Positions 49,360 to 61,728 of a stretch of 64,000 nt of DNA are shown here, piece after piece (positions within the stretch are counted from its first letter, which is position 1; every line of letters starts with the position of its first letter). Where the stretch lies: the NCBI GenBank assembly GCA_965644295.1, contig CBFFRP010000190.1:1-64000 (forward strand), written 5' to 3'. The DNA comes from Paraphysomonas bandaiensis (lineage: Eukaryota; Protista; Chrysophyceae). The notes under the pieces are model-generated. The model searched no databases, was not told the origin of the DNA, and worked only from the letters and a program-made list of their open reading frames with translations. The position numbers were made by a program, and so were the translations under genes.

Positions 49360-50503
49360 GTCCTGCCCATCAGCACGATAGAATGCATCAAACGAAGAAT
49401 TTCTATGTATTTTGAGTAGAATCGGTACTTTGTGCGTCTTGTCCCGTGCCGTATATAGTTCTTGTATTGGTGTTTGTGGCGTGTACAAATTCGATACAAT
49501 TTATATCTCTTTCCGTGATACATGTCTATTTGGTTCTTTGGTGACTCTCTGGTTGTTGTGTCGTGTTAATAATAGCTACTAAACTATAGAAAGCTGCGCT
49601 TCCCCCGAACTTTGTCAGGGTTGCGTATCAATTAGTTGATTTGCACAATCAAAATTAATATAGCTACCTGAAGCACTTCCATGCCGCCACCAATAGTTTG
49701 AATAATTACCAGACTACTATATAAGATACGCTGTACAAGATATGCTAGTGTGTGAGTATTTTTAGTTTTGAATGCTTTATTCCACCGTGTCTTGAAAATA
49801 TTAGGCTTTATTCTTCATGTGGAGTTTATTGTTTATAATCAAGCTTTACCATCGCAACAATATCTTTCATTAAACGCTAAGATTGCTTAGCTATAATCTT
49901 ATTTTGGCAGCGAATGAGTTCAAATATAGCAGTTACGAGTTACGATATTCTCGACTTCGATCCATTGGACAAAAGGAAAGACTAGTGCAATTGTGATTTA
50001 AACGGACAAAAGTTTGCTAGCTGGGTATCATATTACAACTGCACCTATCGCCTATTGTAACCGCGAAACTACAACGCAGTCACAGAACTCTGTGGTTATA
50101 ATATAGTACGATCACTGCATACTGCATACCAGACTATGAAACTGGGGTAAATCTGTCTCAGTGAGTTGTTGGTCTTGTATCAACGATATTTGCTTTCCAT
50201 GCCTGCCTCAATTGCCCTATGTACTATATAGAATATACCTATGTACTATATACGTAGTTTCTCAGCAGTTCGCTTATATAAAGGAACAGCTATAAAACTT
50301 TAAATTATAAACTATTCTAAAATATACGAAATAAACAAGAAAACACAACAATTCATTATTTATTTCATCAACAATATTTCTGCAATAACAATTATATAAC
50401 ATTCGATTTATTTCGTCAGCAAAAAATGATACTACACCATTCACAGTACGTCATAATATATACAAAAACAAATATAGAATTTGTTACGCACTATATCTTG
50501 TCG

Positions 50504-53197
50504 TTAACGACGTAATGCAGTTTTCATCGCTTTGGATGACTTTCCTTTACTCACTGGAGGCAGACCTTTGTCGAATAAATCATTGCGATATATTATCTGT
50601 AGATACGGAATCACAAGGGACGCATAGATCACAAAACACTCACATTTCGTTCAATAAGCTCCGCTAACGTTGAGCGCCTAGAAAGTTGAGTCGATAATAT
50701 CTGCCGTCTCCTGTTCCATGTATCTCGCACCGTACTAGGGGGGGCCGAAGAAAGTTGACTATCATAATGATGCTGTGTGGCGTTTAAGACAGAACTTGTT
50801 AAGTCTCTGTGTTCACCTGGCATAGCCTTGATCTCCACAGTTTCAAATTAAATAACAGCTTTCTCACCTGGAAGCATCTGTACATTTTGCTTCTGTGCAC
50901 TGTTGAGAGCAACAAGTACGTCGGTAAAAGACGGTCGCTCACTGGGTTCGCTGTGCCAACATTGGTCCCGGATATGTTGCAATGAAGGTGGGGAGCGGTC
51001 GTAGTTACTTGAGTCTGATGGCCGAAGATTACGGGTTGCTGCCAGATATGCCGCACGCTATTTACACGCTATTACAATACCATACCAGATAGACCTTACT
51101 AACTTACTTGCGGGTTTTGTCCCTCATATGGCGATTCTCTTGAGATTATTTCCCACATTAGAATCCCAAAACTAAACACATCAGCAGATTGGGTATAATG
51201 ATCACCACTGAAGACTTCTGGCGCTAAATAGAAAAGATTCCCAACGCATGACGTCATATACCTGCAAATGGAGTCATATATCAGTGGTTGGAAAAATAAA
51301 AACATAGCAGCCCACCATCCCACGTTGCGCGAAAGACCAAAGTCGGTCAGTTTAGCAACAGGCTTGCTTTCGTCAGCACATGCAGCCAGTAACTCCTGTT
51401 TTGAAACTATAAAAGATTACAGCGAAAACAGAGAATATTACTTCATCTGACAACTCTGGTGAAACCGATAGTAGCACATTGGAGGATGACAAATCTCTGT
51501 GGATGACAGCAGGCCTAAAATATCACAAACATGAGGTTCACAGTATGTCTTTTACAATGAACTGTCACTAACTTTCTACGGTGTAGGTAGCCACCACCAG
51601 CTGCAACGTCCTTTAATATCCTAATAACTACAGGAAGTGGGAGTGGTTTGTTTTCGTCTCCGGTATTCTTGTAGTTGTGGATAAGCTGTTAAAATACCCT
51701 TGAGTTATGCGGTCACAGCAACAACTAAAAAACCAGACCTGATAGAGTGAACATTTCAGCAGCTCAGACACAATGAGTGCATCCGGTGGAACAGTAACAC
51801 CGTAAAACACCGTAATATTCGGGTGTCTGAGCTTTGATAGTGAGAAAACCTCACTCAGAAGTGTATTTCTCTGCGCAGCCACCACATTCAGGTATGAAAC
51901 GCATAATCAATGATGAGACTCACATCACCAAGAGAAGTGACATCGTGTTTCATTTTTTTCACCGCCACATCTTGGGATCCATTCCATTTCCCACGCCATA
52001 CTTCACCGAAAAAACCTTCTCCTATCTTGTGAACAAGAGCAATCTACGTGCAATACATGACGACTCATGATAATGCACAACGCCAAACGACTATCGTACC
52101 TCTCCCCGTTCTATGACAAGGTCACTATCGAAGTGAATGGGTAGTGTCTCGGAGTTGCTCCGCTGTCGCTGATCGATAGTAGTTGGGGAACGACGAGAGG
52201 AATGCTGTTCTGTGCTTTCCTCCTGCGCCAAGGCCTGTTTTTTATTCGATTGATTTAAAACCGCTTTACCGGGCGCACGATTGTACTGAAGAGTTTCACG
52301 ATCTTCATCTTGTGTAAAAGAGGGAGAATTTGCAGGGATACCAGCACGATCAGATCCCGGGAATGGTGCATAGAACCCGTCATCATTGTTCTGGTTCTCA
52401 AACTCGTCGTCGCTATAGTAGCTATCTGAATCAAAATACTCCGCTTCGTCAACGTCAGATATTTTCGTTTCATTCACCATCTTTTGCATGTCCATCAGCT
52501 GGGCGCTAAGGGGTGTCTTGCTAATATCTTCCTGAACAAGCACGGGCTCTTCCTGAGAATATGTAGTTTTCTGCGTTGATCTTTCTCCAGTAGAACGGGT
52601 AAGCAGGCTACCACTGTCATACATGGGGCTTCCGGTGGGAACTGCCTGCTTAGACAATGTTTTTTTGGGAGGTTGCGGATTTGTAGCTAGAGATTTGGCC
52701 TTCTTTATACCTTGCTTGGAAGCAGGCCGTTGAACCCCCTTGGATCTGATGTTATCAGCATTGGCATAGTGGGTGCTCGATTTCAACTTCCTGTCCCCTT
52801 CCTTCGTATTGATATGCACATCATCGGTTCCCTCCTCGGCAGAGTGTAGTGACTGAGAATATCCTGTATTCAATCCTCTCACAGGGGATGATGTAACATC
52901 AAAGCTTTTACTTCTTCCAGATGCACTGGCGGGAGAGCGCAGGTCCCACTCCACTCCCAGTGCATCCTCTACCTCATTCTTTGGTCGTGCCTTCGATGGT
53001 GATGTTTTCTTATATACGGACGGTATGCGCTCTCGAGATACATCATTCCATATGTCTTTTTTAGGTTTCGAGGGCTTCAGATATGAGTGAGACCGCTCGT
53101 CTACTGTAGAGGCCTTAGGCCGTACATTCCCCCTGTATACACTCAATAACACATTAAGGAAGAGATATGAGACTTACCATGGGGATGGTTTCCACAT
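50504..53197 (-). CDS. Tyrosine-kinase-like (TKL/Raf-like) Ser/Thr kinase with a disordered N-terminus and a C-terminal RPEL-like motif, multi-exon
   Basis: IGEGFFGEVW, VAVKK, LRHPNI, HRDLSSSNVL, DFGLSR, YLAPE, DVFSFGILMWE. Inferred first exon MWKPSPW at 53197; stop at 50504. Confidence 0.85.
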
Positions 53198-55159
53198 GGA
53201 TCACCTGATTGATGAGTTGTTTGGGTTCCTACTCACAGTGTGATGCATACACAGACATTCCTCTTATCTATCTCTGTGCAGATATATACAGCAGCGGTAG
53301 GACTGTATACCTATACCTACATATATATGTAGCACTGTACTCTGTATATACGAGTATGTGTGGACTGTAGTATACAGGGTAATACCGTGACGTATACCAT
53401 TATGCTCCTGCCTGTGTCGTACACCAGCCCAATATCCAGATATTCGACATTACATATACATATATATGAGAAAAGAAGTATGACTTGAAGCATAATTTCA
53501 ACCAATCAGCATTAATCAAACCCTAAAGAAGTGAGTAATCTACACCCAATCAGACATATGATCAACCTATGAGGAGATGACCGTACCGTGTGCTACTCTC
53601 TGTACTATGCAGTCAACACGAGTCCGTGTGTCCCTGTATATCACAATCCAGTTATGACACATGCCACATGGAGACACCTTGATGGAAATGATGAACTGTA
53701 TAATCCGCCCTATCACTGTGATATTCTCTTCGTCTCCTCGTCTATATGTAAACAGCTGGGACTCAGTATGTGTTTAAAGAGCGACACTGAACTCTACTGA
53801 ACACAGATATATATTGACTGACCCAGTCGAAACGAATCACTGCATCCATGTCTGCCACAAGTACTCTTTATCGCCACGATCTAACTGCAGCTGCGGCTTA
53901 CGTTCCTCCCGCCTTAACTGAAGCACTTCTCTCTGAGGATTCGGATGACCCTGACGAAGATGATTAGCGGCGTTATGCACTCAGTTCCTCATGTTGTCAT
54001 GTGCTTCGCGTGGTGGACAATCTCCTAGTTAAATAGAGTAGCTAATTATATATTGGGTGAATATCTGAAATGTTAATACCAATATATCTAACTATTAATC
54101 CTGTATTACTTTTTAGTGCTTAAAGCAATGTAAGGACACTCTATTGCAACCGGAATTAACGAGAAATAAATAATGGAAAGTATAGGTCTATCATTTAGCG
54201 GAGTATATACTGCGTAATGATAAATTGGCGCAGGATACAGTCAATTAAAAATATTACTCGCTTTCCCTATTTCAGTTTCAGCAAAGAATTGAAAACCAAT
54301 TAATTGTTACACTACCCTGTTTGAGCGCACTTTTTTCGCCCATTTGAAGTCCTATCTTTAGACAACAATACCATTTCAATAATTTTAAAGGCACTACAAA
54401 TATAGTTATATGTTATATATAACTATGTAACTACGGGCTATAAAGAAGCTATACCGTCCCGCGCTCAAAATTTTGAAACAAGGGCGAATATTGAACTACA
54501 ACCAACTTCTACGTGCGTAATTGAAGCTTGTTGAAGCTTATCGCTTGTAGCTATCCTATATTCTATGTAGCAATGAAATACAGAATATACATGACCACAC
54601 TATAGGAGTAGCTATTAAAAGTATACAAAGAAACTGATAATATAGTACGACTGTTAAAGATACGATTTGTTGGTGTTGGTGTTGGTGATTGACGTGGTTC
54701 CTCAATCACAGTGCTACAACGTAATTCAGTCAATACTGTGCTACTACATGTATGATTTAAGTCAAGGCTATGAAGGTTGTTCGCTTGCACTGACATCATT
54801 ATGATCTTCTACAGAAGTCGAAGGATGGAATATTATAATGATGATCAGCTTTGGACAGTTGCTTGGCTCATGATTGTGGTTTCTCTCTAATTGTGTAATA
54901 TATAAAATGAAATCACATACGAATAACTGTTAATATCATAATAAAGATAGAAGAGTACTTCTGTTGAACCGAGTATTGAACTTGAGTTTCTATATTTGCC
55001 CGGTGCTAATATGGATGAGCACCCTGTTGAGCCCAAATCAGGTCAAACGAAAGCCTTTTTGAAACAAGTTAGGGATAAATGTATAGCGCAATTAAAATGT
55101 ACTACAGTACTTGACTCTTTTGAATTATTTGTAAACAAATGTAGATAAGTAGAAGTACA

Positions 55160-55465
55160 ATGGCGGCATATAGACATCGGTGGGCCATATAGATACCTAT
55201 AGGTGCTTCGAACTACCTATAAGTACCTCATGCATACCTATCCTAGTACCTAGCTGTAGGTATTCCTTGCGACCCTGCCTATAGGAAGGTGCCTATGTCT
55301 TACCACCTATAGGTACTATAAAATCATAGCTACGGGTACCTCGGCCGTAGGTATTACCGATCTACTTATAGGTGCTAGTCAAGTTCCTAGGTACCAGGAG
55401 ATTTAATTAATATAGTACCTATAGGTACCTACCTAGAGGTACTTTTTCTGAGGTTCACCTATGAA
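55160..55465. repeat. Array of short palindromic ACCTATAGGT/TAGGTACCTA motifs, probably a non-autonomous element
   Basis: About a dozen degenerate copies of the motif within ~300 bp. Confidence 0.55.
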
Positions 55466-55745
55466 ATTTGGTTGTACTGTCTAAATGTCATGTACATACA
55501 CGCTGAAAGGGGTTTATTGGTTTGAAGCAGCAAGTTTGAGCCAACAGTCTCGAACAACATACATTACGTGTTAAGCACGTGTATGTATATTTCACAACAT
55601 ACTAATGCAGCTTATTGAACTCATATATTATGGCATTTAAACTCTCGAGTAGTACTTGTACTTGATTTATGGCATAATTTTCATATATTTAATCCAAGAA
55701 ACAATTGTAGTTATTGAACACTTTTTACACAGGTTTACTGACACA

Positions 55746-58700
55746 CTAGTAGTAACCCCCTCCTTTAGGCGCTCGACCACCACCAGGAATAAATTGGCCT
55801 CCTTTATAGAATCTCGCTTCTCCTCCACTGCTACCTGAATAGTGTGAGGACATCGCAGGAGATGAAGGAGAGGTATAGTACCCCAAACGCTGAGGTGTAG
55901 AACGTGAAGAGTAAGCACGTTGGGGGTGAGGAATATCTCGAGAATACATATCTCGAGCATATGCCCCTCCAGCAGGAGCTCTCCATCCACTTGGCATAAA
56001 CTGCCCTCCCTTATAAAATTTATCAGTCGCTCCACTACCACCATGTTCAGGCGATATAAGACAATCCACACCAACAGGGCTTGACTGAACCTGAGAAGCC
56101 CTTCTCGTCTTCACAGGAGTGCGTAAAATACCAATGGTTTCTGGATCACTTTGCCGCTGAGCAAAGGATCTATTCCCAACCAATTGTCTTCCCCTTGAAG
56201 TGCGCATATCCGGAGTGCCATCATTCTTCAGTCCTGTCTGAACTCTCCCCTGATTCTCTTCCTCCAATTGCAAGGCCAGTGCCAACGACTCGGCTTCCAA
56301 ATCTCTTTGCTTGGCAAGCTCGCGTCCCTTCGATGTACGCATATCAGGAGTGCCATCATTCTTCAGTCCTGTCTGAACTCTCCCCTGATTCTCTTCCTCC
56401 AATTGCAAGGCCAGTGCCAACGACTCGGCTTCCAAATCTCTTTGCTTGGCAAGCTCGCGTCCCTTCGATGTACGCATATCAGGAGTGCCATCATTCTTCA
56501 GTCCTGACTGAACTCTCCCCTGATTCTCTTCCTCCAATTGCAAGGCCAGTGCCAACGACTCGGCTTCCAAATCTCTTTGCTTGGCAAGCTCGCGTCCCTT
56601 CGATGTACGCATATCAGGAGTGCCATCATTCTTCAGTCCTGACTGAACTCTCCCCTGATTCTCTTCCTCCAATTGCAAGGCCAGTGCCAACGACTCGGCT
56701 TCCAAATCTCTTTGCTTGGCAAGCTCGCGTCCCTTCGACGTACGCATATCAGGAGTGCCATCATTCTTCAGTCCTGTCTGAACTCTCCCCTGATTCTCTT
56801 CCTCCAATTGCAAGGCCAGTGCCAACGACTCGGCTTCCAAATCTCTTTGCTTGGCAAGCTCGCGTCCCTTCGATGTACGCATATCAGGAGTGCCATCATT
56901 CTTCAGTCCTGACTGAACTCTCCCCTGATTCTCTTCCTCCAATTGCAAGGCCAGTGCCAACGACTCGGCTTCCAAATTTCTTTGCTTGGCAAGCTCGCGT
57001 CCCTTCGACGTACGCATATCAGGAGTGCCATCATTCTTCAGTCCTGACTGAACTCTCCCCTGATTCTCTTCCTCCAATTGCAAGGCCAGTGCCAACGACT
57101 CGGCTTCCAAATCTCTTTGCTTGGCAAGCTCGCGTCCCTTCGACGTACGCATATCAGGAGTGCCATCATTCTTCAGTCCTGACTGAACTCTCCCCTGATT
57201 CTCTTCCTCCAATTGCAAGGCCAGTGCCAACGACTCGGCTTCCAAATCTCTTTGCTTGGCAAGCTCGCGTCCCTTCGATGTACGCATATCAGGAGTGCCA
57301 TCATTCTTCAGTCCTGACTGAACTCTCCCCTGATTCTCTTCCTCCAATTGCAAGGCCAGTGCCAACGACTCGGCTTCCAAATCTCTTTGCTTGGCAAGCT
57401 CGCGTCCCTTCGATGTACGCATATCAGGAGTGCCATCATTCTTCAGTCCTGACTGAACTCTCCCCTGATTCTCTTCCTCCAATTGCAAGGCCAGTGCCAA
57501 CGACTCGGCTTCCAAATCTCTTTGCTTGGCAAGCTCGCGTCCCTTCGAAGTACGCATATCAGGAGTGCCATCTTTTTTGGTGCCTTCATTTGCCCGCCTT
57601 GCAATTTCTTTACCTTTAGTCGTTCTCATATCAGGAGTTCCATCATCCTTCCTGCCTGTCCGTTTCCTGGCATCGGTAACGTAGTAAGGTCTACGGCTTT
57701 CACCCTCACGCACGGATGTGATTTCGATGTTACTACGACATATCTTATGTCCATCACCGTCTCGTATCTCGGTGAAAGTACGCACAAAAGCTGCAATAAC
57801 CTTCTCAGGCATGAGGTTTTTTGAGGCACATACAATAGCTACAATCCTGCGTGCTCTATCTGCAGCAGGTTTCGAGAGTGTCCCTCCTTCCAATATAACT
57901 TTCCTAATTTCTTTATCCAGAGCTAGATCCCCTTTGTCAGACATAGTTCTACTTCCCGACATGTTCCCATTGCGAGTCTTGAGTTGCAGATTGTCATTCC
58001 GGTTCATTGCGCGTACAACTGCTTCAGCCTCTGATCTTGTCAGTGAAGTACCTTGAATACGGAACACACAGTCAGTTACCTCAAATGACTGAATGTGAGA
58101 GGAGTTAGTAGTCCGCACTACCAAATCCTTTGACTGGACAAGGGCTGACTTCCCTGGGATTACATCACCGTCCTCATCCAATTTCACAAGACCATTCCTG
58201 TAAGCTGTGCACCGTTTGTCAACTTTACCATTTGAAGTCAACTTCACCACACCAGTAGATACTGCTTTAGATTGTAAGGGGTTGATCTCATTGCAGACAA
58301 CTCCGCGCTTCTTGAATCCCAATGCAGGGAAAGAAATACCAAATTTCTTAGACAAATCGGTCCGTGAGAATGAGCCAGTGATAGTACCGAGAGACTGATT
58401 ATGCACATTAGACGCAACAGACTCATCATATAGTGCTTTTATATGTTGATCGGTCATTCCGACATCTTTCAAGCTTTGCTTGAGATCGTCAACACCCAGT
58501 CCGTGCTCGAGGTCGTCAACACTCAGTCTGTGCTCGAGGTCGTCAACACCCAGTCCGTGCTCGAGGTCGTCAACACTCAGTCTGTGCTCGAGGTCGTCAA
58601 CACCCAGTCCGTGCTCGAGGTCGTCAACACCCAGTCCGTGCTTGACGCTCTCAGAGATAGAATCATTGTACAGTATCTCTATAGCCCCAGGGCTCAAGCC

Positions 58701-58751
58701 AGTATCACTTAAATTCTCTTTCAATTCTGCTAAATCATACTCATATGTCAT
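55746..58751 (-). CDS. 1001-aa repeat protein: HNH-like domain, 10 x 45-aa repeats, two YKGGQF motifs
   Basis: Single uninterrupted ORF from ATG at 58751; repeat unit GLKNDGTPDMRTSKGRELAKQRDLEAESLALALQLEEENQGRVQ(S/T). Confidence 0.85.
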   Translation of the reverse strand: MTYEYDLAELKENLSDTGLSPGAIEILYNDSISESVKHGLGVDDLEHGLGVDDLEHRLSVDDLEHGLGVDDLEHRLSVDDLEHGLGVDDLKQSLKDVGMTDQHIKALYDESVASNVHNQSLGTITGSFSRTDLSKKFGISFPALGFKKRGVVCNEINPLQSKAVSTGVVKLTSNGKVDKRCTAYRNGLVKLDEDGDVIPGKSALVQSKDLVVRTTNSSHIQSFEVTDCVFRIQGTSLTRSEAEAVVRAMNRNDNLQLKTRNGNMSGSRTMSDKGDLALDKEIRKVILEGGTLSKPAADRARRIVAIVCASKNLMPEKVIAAFVRTFTEIRDGDGHKICRSNIEITSVREGESRRPYYVTDARKRTGRKDDGTPDMRTTKGKEIARRANEGTKKDGTPDMRTSKGRELAKQRDLEAESLALALQLEEENQGRVQSGLKNDGTPDMRTSKGRELAKQRDLEAESLALALQLEEENQGRVQSGLKNDGTPDMRTSKGRELAKQRDLEAESLALALQLEEENQGRVQSGLKNDGTPDMRTSKGRELAKQRDLEAESLALALQLEEENQGRVQSGLKNDGTPDMRTSKGRELAKQRNLEAESLALALQLEEENQGRVQSGLKNDGTPDMRTSKGRELAKQRDLEAESLALALQLEEENQGRVQTGLKNDGTPDMRTSKGRELAKQRDLEAESLALALQLEEENQGRVQSGLKNDGTPDMRTSKGRELAKQRDLEAESLALALQLEEENQGRVQSGLKNDGTPDMRTSKGRELAKQRDLEAESLALALQLEEENQGRVQTGLKNDGTPDMRTSKGRELAKQRDLEAESLALALQLEEENQGRVQTGLKNDGTPDMRTSRGRQLVGNRSFAQRQSDPETIGILRTPVKTRRASQVQSSPVGVDCLISPEHGGSGATDKFYKGGQFMPSGWRAPAGGAYARDMYSRDIPHPQRAYSSRSTPQRLGYYTSPSSPAMSSHYSGSSGGEARFYKGGQFIPGGGRAPKGGGYY
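56221..57570. repeat. Coding tandem repeat, 10 x 135 bp, near-identical units
   Basis: Unit starts (TCATTCTTCAGTCCTG) recur every 135 bp from 56221 to 57436. Confidence 0.97.
58480..58641. repeat. Coding tandem repeat, ~6 x 27 bp (HGLGVDDLE/HRLSVDDLE)
   Basis: Read directly from the sequence and the translation. Confidence 0.93.
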
Positions 58752-59364
58752 CGTTGTTAAATCCAACTTCTACTCTATTTTAATTTAGTTTGTCATGTGA
58801 TGGTGTTGTGAGGTGCTGTGATTCTAATCTCTGACCCTGCTATGGTTAGGCAGCTACTGCTCCTGTACTTCGTAGATATCATCTTGATACGCACCTCCCC
58901 ATAGCGTATACACCTGCTGTGTATATGTATATGTGTGGGGTTCAAGACCTGTTCTAGGACTCTTCCTGGAATTTCTTGATCATATACAGCAGAGTACAGA
59001 GTGTATACATGATTTTTTGGAAATACACTATGCACAAATACTGCACTGCACTCTGTACAGCAGAGTATAGCTGTGCAAAACTAGGAAAATCCTACTTTTT
59101 TAGAACAAAAGTTTTCAAAAAGGTAAGATTTCTCTGTAAGTCTACCATATAGTGCTGCGTATATATGAATGTGTGCTGCATATATGGTACGAATATAACG
59201 ACATGATTTTGTCGTTAAGACCATCACATGACTCTGCAGTCCCATAAACGACATCAACGTAATCTACATATCATACAAGGCTCAAAGAAGATGTATATAT
59301 CTGTACTGAACCCCTCTCTACACTTCTAATCCTATAACTAATACCAGTGAAGCTTTCATTCACA

Positions 59365-61513
59365 ATGAGCACCTCTGATATGGTCAATCTCCGTTGGCAA
59401 CATATACGTGCAGTAGAGGCTGGACAGAGCCAACAACAGGAAATAATACGATTAAAGCAATTGCTACAAGAGAAAGATAAGACAGAGGGGTCCTATAAAG
59501 AGAAACATAATCAACAGCGTCGCAGATTGTGTGCTGATATTCGTCAACTCAAAATTAATTTGGAGAGTTTGAAATCAGAACTGATAGCAAGCAAAACTAA
59601 ATATGCTGTAGACGTCGGGTCCATGAGCTCTCAATTTACTAAACTGGCGAGTGCTATCAACAAGCTGTCTGTAAGTAGGGCCGACGCTTCTGACAGAGAG
59701 AAAATGCAGGCTACGGAATTGTACAATTTGCGGCTCAAGTTAAGTGAACAGGAACAACGAGCGAAGCTGTTGAGCGAAAAGTCATCTGGTCAGTCACAGT
59801 TGCTTGTTGCAATGCGTGTTTAATTGAAGTGCAGGGGATATATCACGACTGCGTAGTGAGATCGTCAGCCTCAGAGAAGCACATGAAAAAACATCAGCTG
59901 AGAGCGAAGCGAAATCTAAGCAGATTTCTTTACTCCAAGATGAAAAACAAGCCTTGACAGAGAAATTTGATGTAAGTTTATTTCGAAATGTAGATGCGAT
60001 CTATAGGATATTACATTTGTGTATATACCAAGTCATCGTGTCTAATCCTCGTTGCAAATAGTTGGCTAGTAGTAAGATATCCACACTTCAGAAGGCGATG
60101 AAGAAAGCCCAGGAAGAAGAAAGAACTAAGTATGAGTCGCAATTACGTGAACAAACTAATACACTGGAACAGTATGAGGAGGTACAGTTTGTAAATAAAA
60201 AATGAGCTGTGAACACACAACATTAGAATTAATTTTACCGTATTACTGTATTTTGTGAGTTGTCTAAGCTTGTAACTTGTGCAGCACATTCGCAGTTTAG
60301 AGTTATCTAATCGAGAACTAACTGAAGAAAATGCCAAGCTTAGATCCGAGGTATGTCGGCTGTATGGTTTTCTCATATTCTGTGCTGTGAAGACGTAATT
60401 CAGGCCGTAGACAGCTGTTAATAGAAACAGAGCATGATTAATAGTATGGTTGCACCTTCAGGTGGATAGGCTGATCGCTGCTCAGAGTGTGCCGAAGAAG
60501 TCACAGTTTTCGAAGTATGTGGATCTCAAAGTGGAGAATGCAAACCTTCAGGTACGTTTTGAATTCATCACAGTGCTGCACACTGTCGTGTACAGTGTGT
60601 GATAGCGCACTATATATTTTGTAATATATGTGTTGCAGGCGAAGGTGTCGGAGATCGAAAGGCGACAGTCTATGTTTCCCGCACGCCGTATGTCTAGTAT
60701 GCCCTCCCAAGAGCGCAAGTCTTCCAATGCTGAGCGTCGTTCGACTACTTATGGGCAGGTGGGATCAAGCTCGGCCTCTGGGGAGAGAAGGGAGTCGCAT
60801 AGGCGAGTTTTTAGCTCTCAGACCCCCCCGTTGGAATCACAGGAAAATAATGCTTTAGATGGTTTGGATATGATGACTTTTAGTGTAATGATTTAATTGG
60901 ACTGTTATTAGGCAATTCTGTTAATAATAGTAGTGCACAGTCTTCCCGCCGCCCCTCCCAAGATCACACGGTTTCCTTCGATTCTAAACCTCAATCTGTC
61001 GACAATTCTGCCGACAGCGACGGGAGCAATGACTTAGTCCTCGCGAAGAAGCCCTTCCAGCCAAACCCGCCTATATCTCCTCCAACGTCAGGTTTTGTAT
61101 CTCGGCAGTCAGCTAGGGGTTTAGATAAAGGGTTTCCGATACCTAATCAGAAAAATCAAACGAGTGCACAAGAAAAAAAGAAAGAACCAAGACCTTCGCA
61201 ATATCGTATTGATTCGACTGAGACCAGTCTTGACTTTACATCTGGACTCACCGGAAGCAACGTCCGTAGACGACCAACAATAAGAACTAATTCTTCTGGA
61301 ACTGAAAAGTCACCTCGACCAGCAACAAGTGAACCAAGTCGTTCCCCACGTGTAACATCCATTTCGTTTAATAATCCTGCAGGCAAAAATGTGACCCATC
61401 GGACTGGTAATCAGCCAGTAGCTGTTGATGTTGGTGTTCCTTTAATGGGGAAATCTACTCGAGAGAGTCTAAGACAAAGAAGTGGAGCTTCTAATGTTGA
61501 TTATTCTGTATAG
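59365..61513 (+). CDS. Multi-exon coiled-coil protein with an S/P/R-rich C-terminus
   Basis: Heptad-rich exons (EIIRLKQLLQEK, SQFSKYVDLKVENAN) separated by short GT-AG introns; exact exon boundaries uncertain. Confidence 0.7.
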
Positions 61514-61728
61514 TTTTGTACTCCAACTAGATTTTAGTTCGTCCTATACAATTGTAAGTTCGTGTTGCAGATTTATATGATCCTATTTTGTATCCTAAGT
61601 AATATTCTATTTTCTGATCAATCTTGTTTAGCAAGGTCTAGCAAGAATGTAGTGAACACACAGTCCTGATAAAGTAGGCTTTTGACAAGTAGATTTTGTT
61701 TAGAAAAAACTGCACTACGTTTATTTCT

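Noticed and set aside
56221-57570. Possible CRISPR-like array
   Set aside because: Units are contiguous and near-identical with no unique spacers, lie inside a CDS, and the context is eukaryotic with no cas genes.
56081-57619. 512-aa plus-strand ORF
   Set aside because: Antisense shadow of the 135-bp coding repeat; one stop-free unit repeated ten times explains it.
59816-59834. Apparent 19-nt intron in the coiled-coil gene
   Set aside because: An upstream GTCAGT donor gives a normal ~46-nt intron in the same frame.
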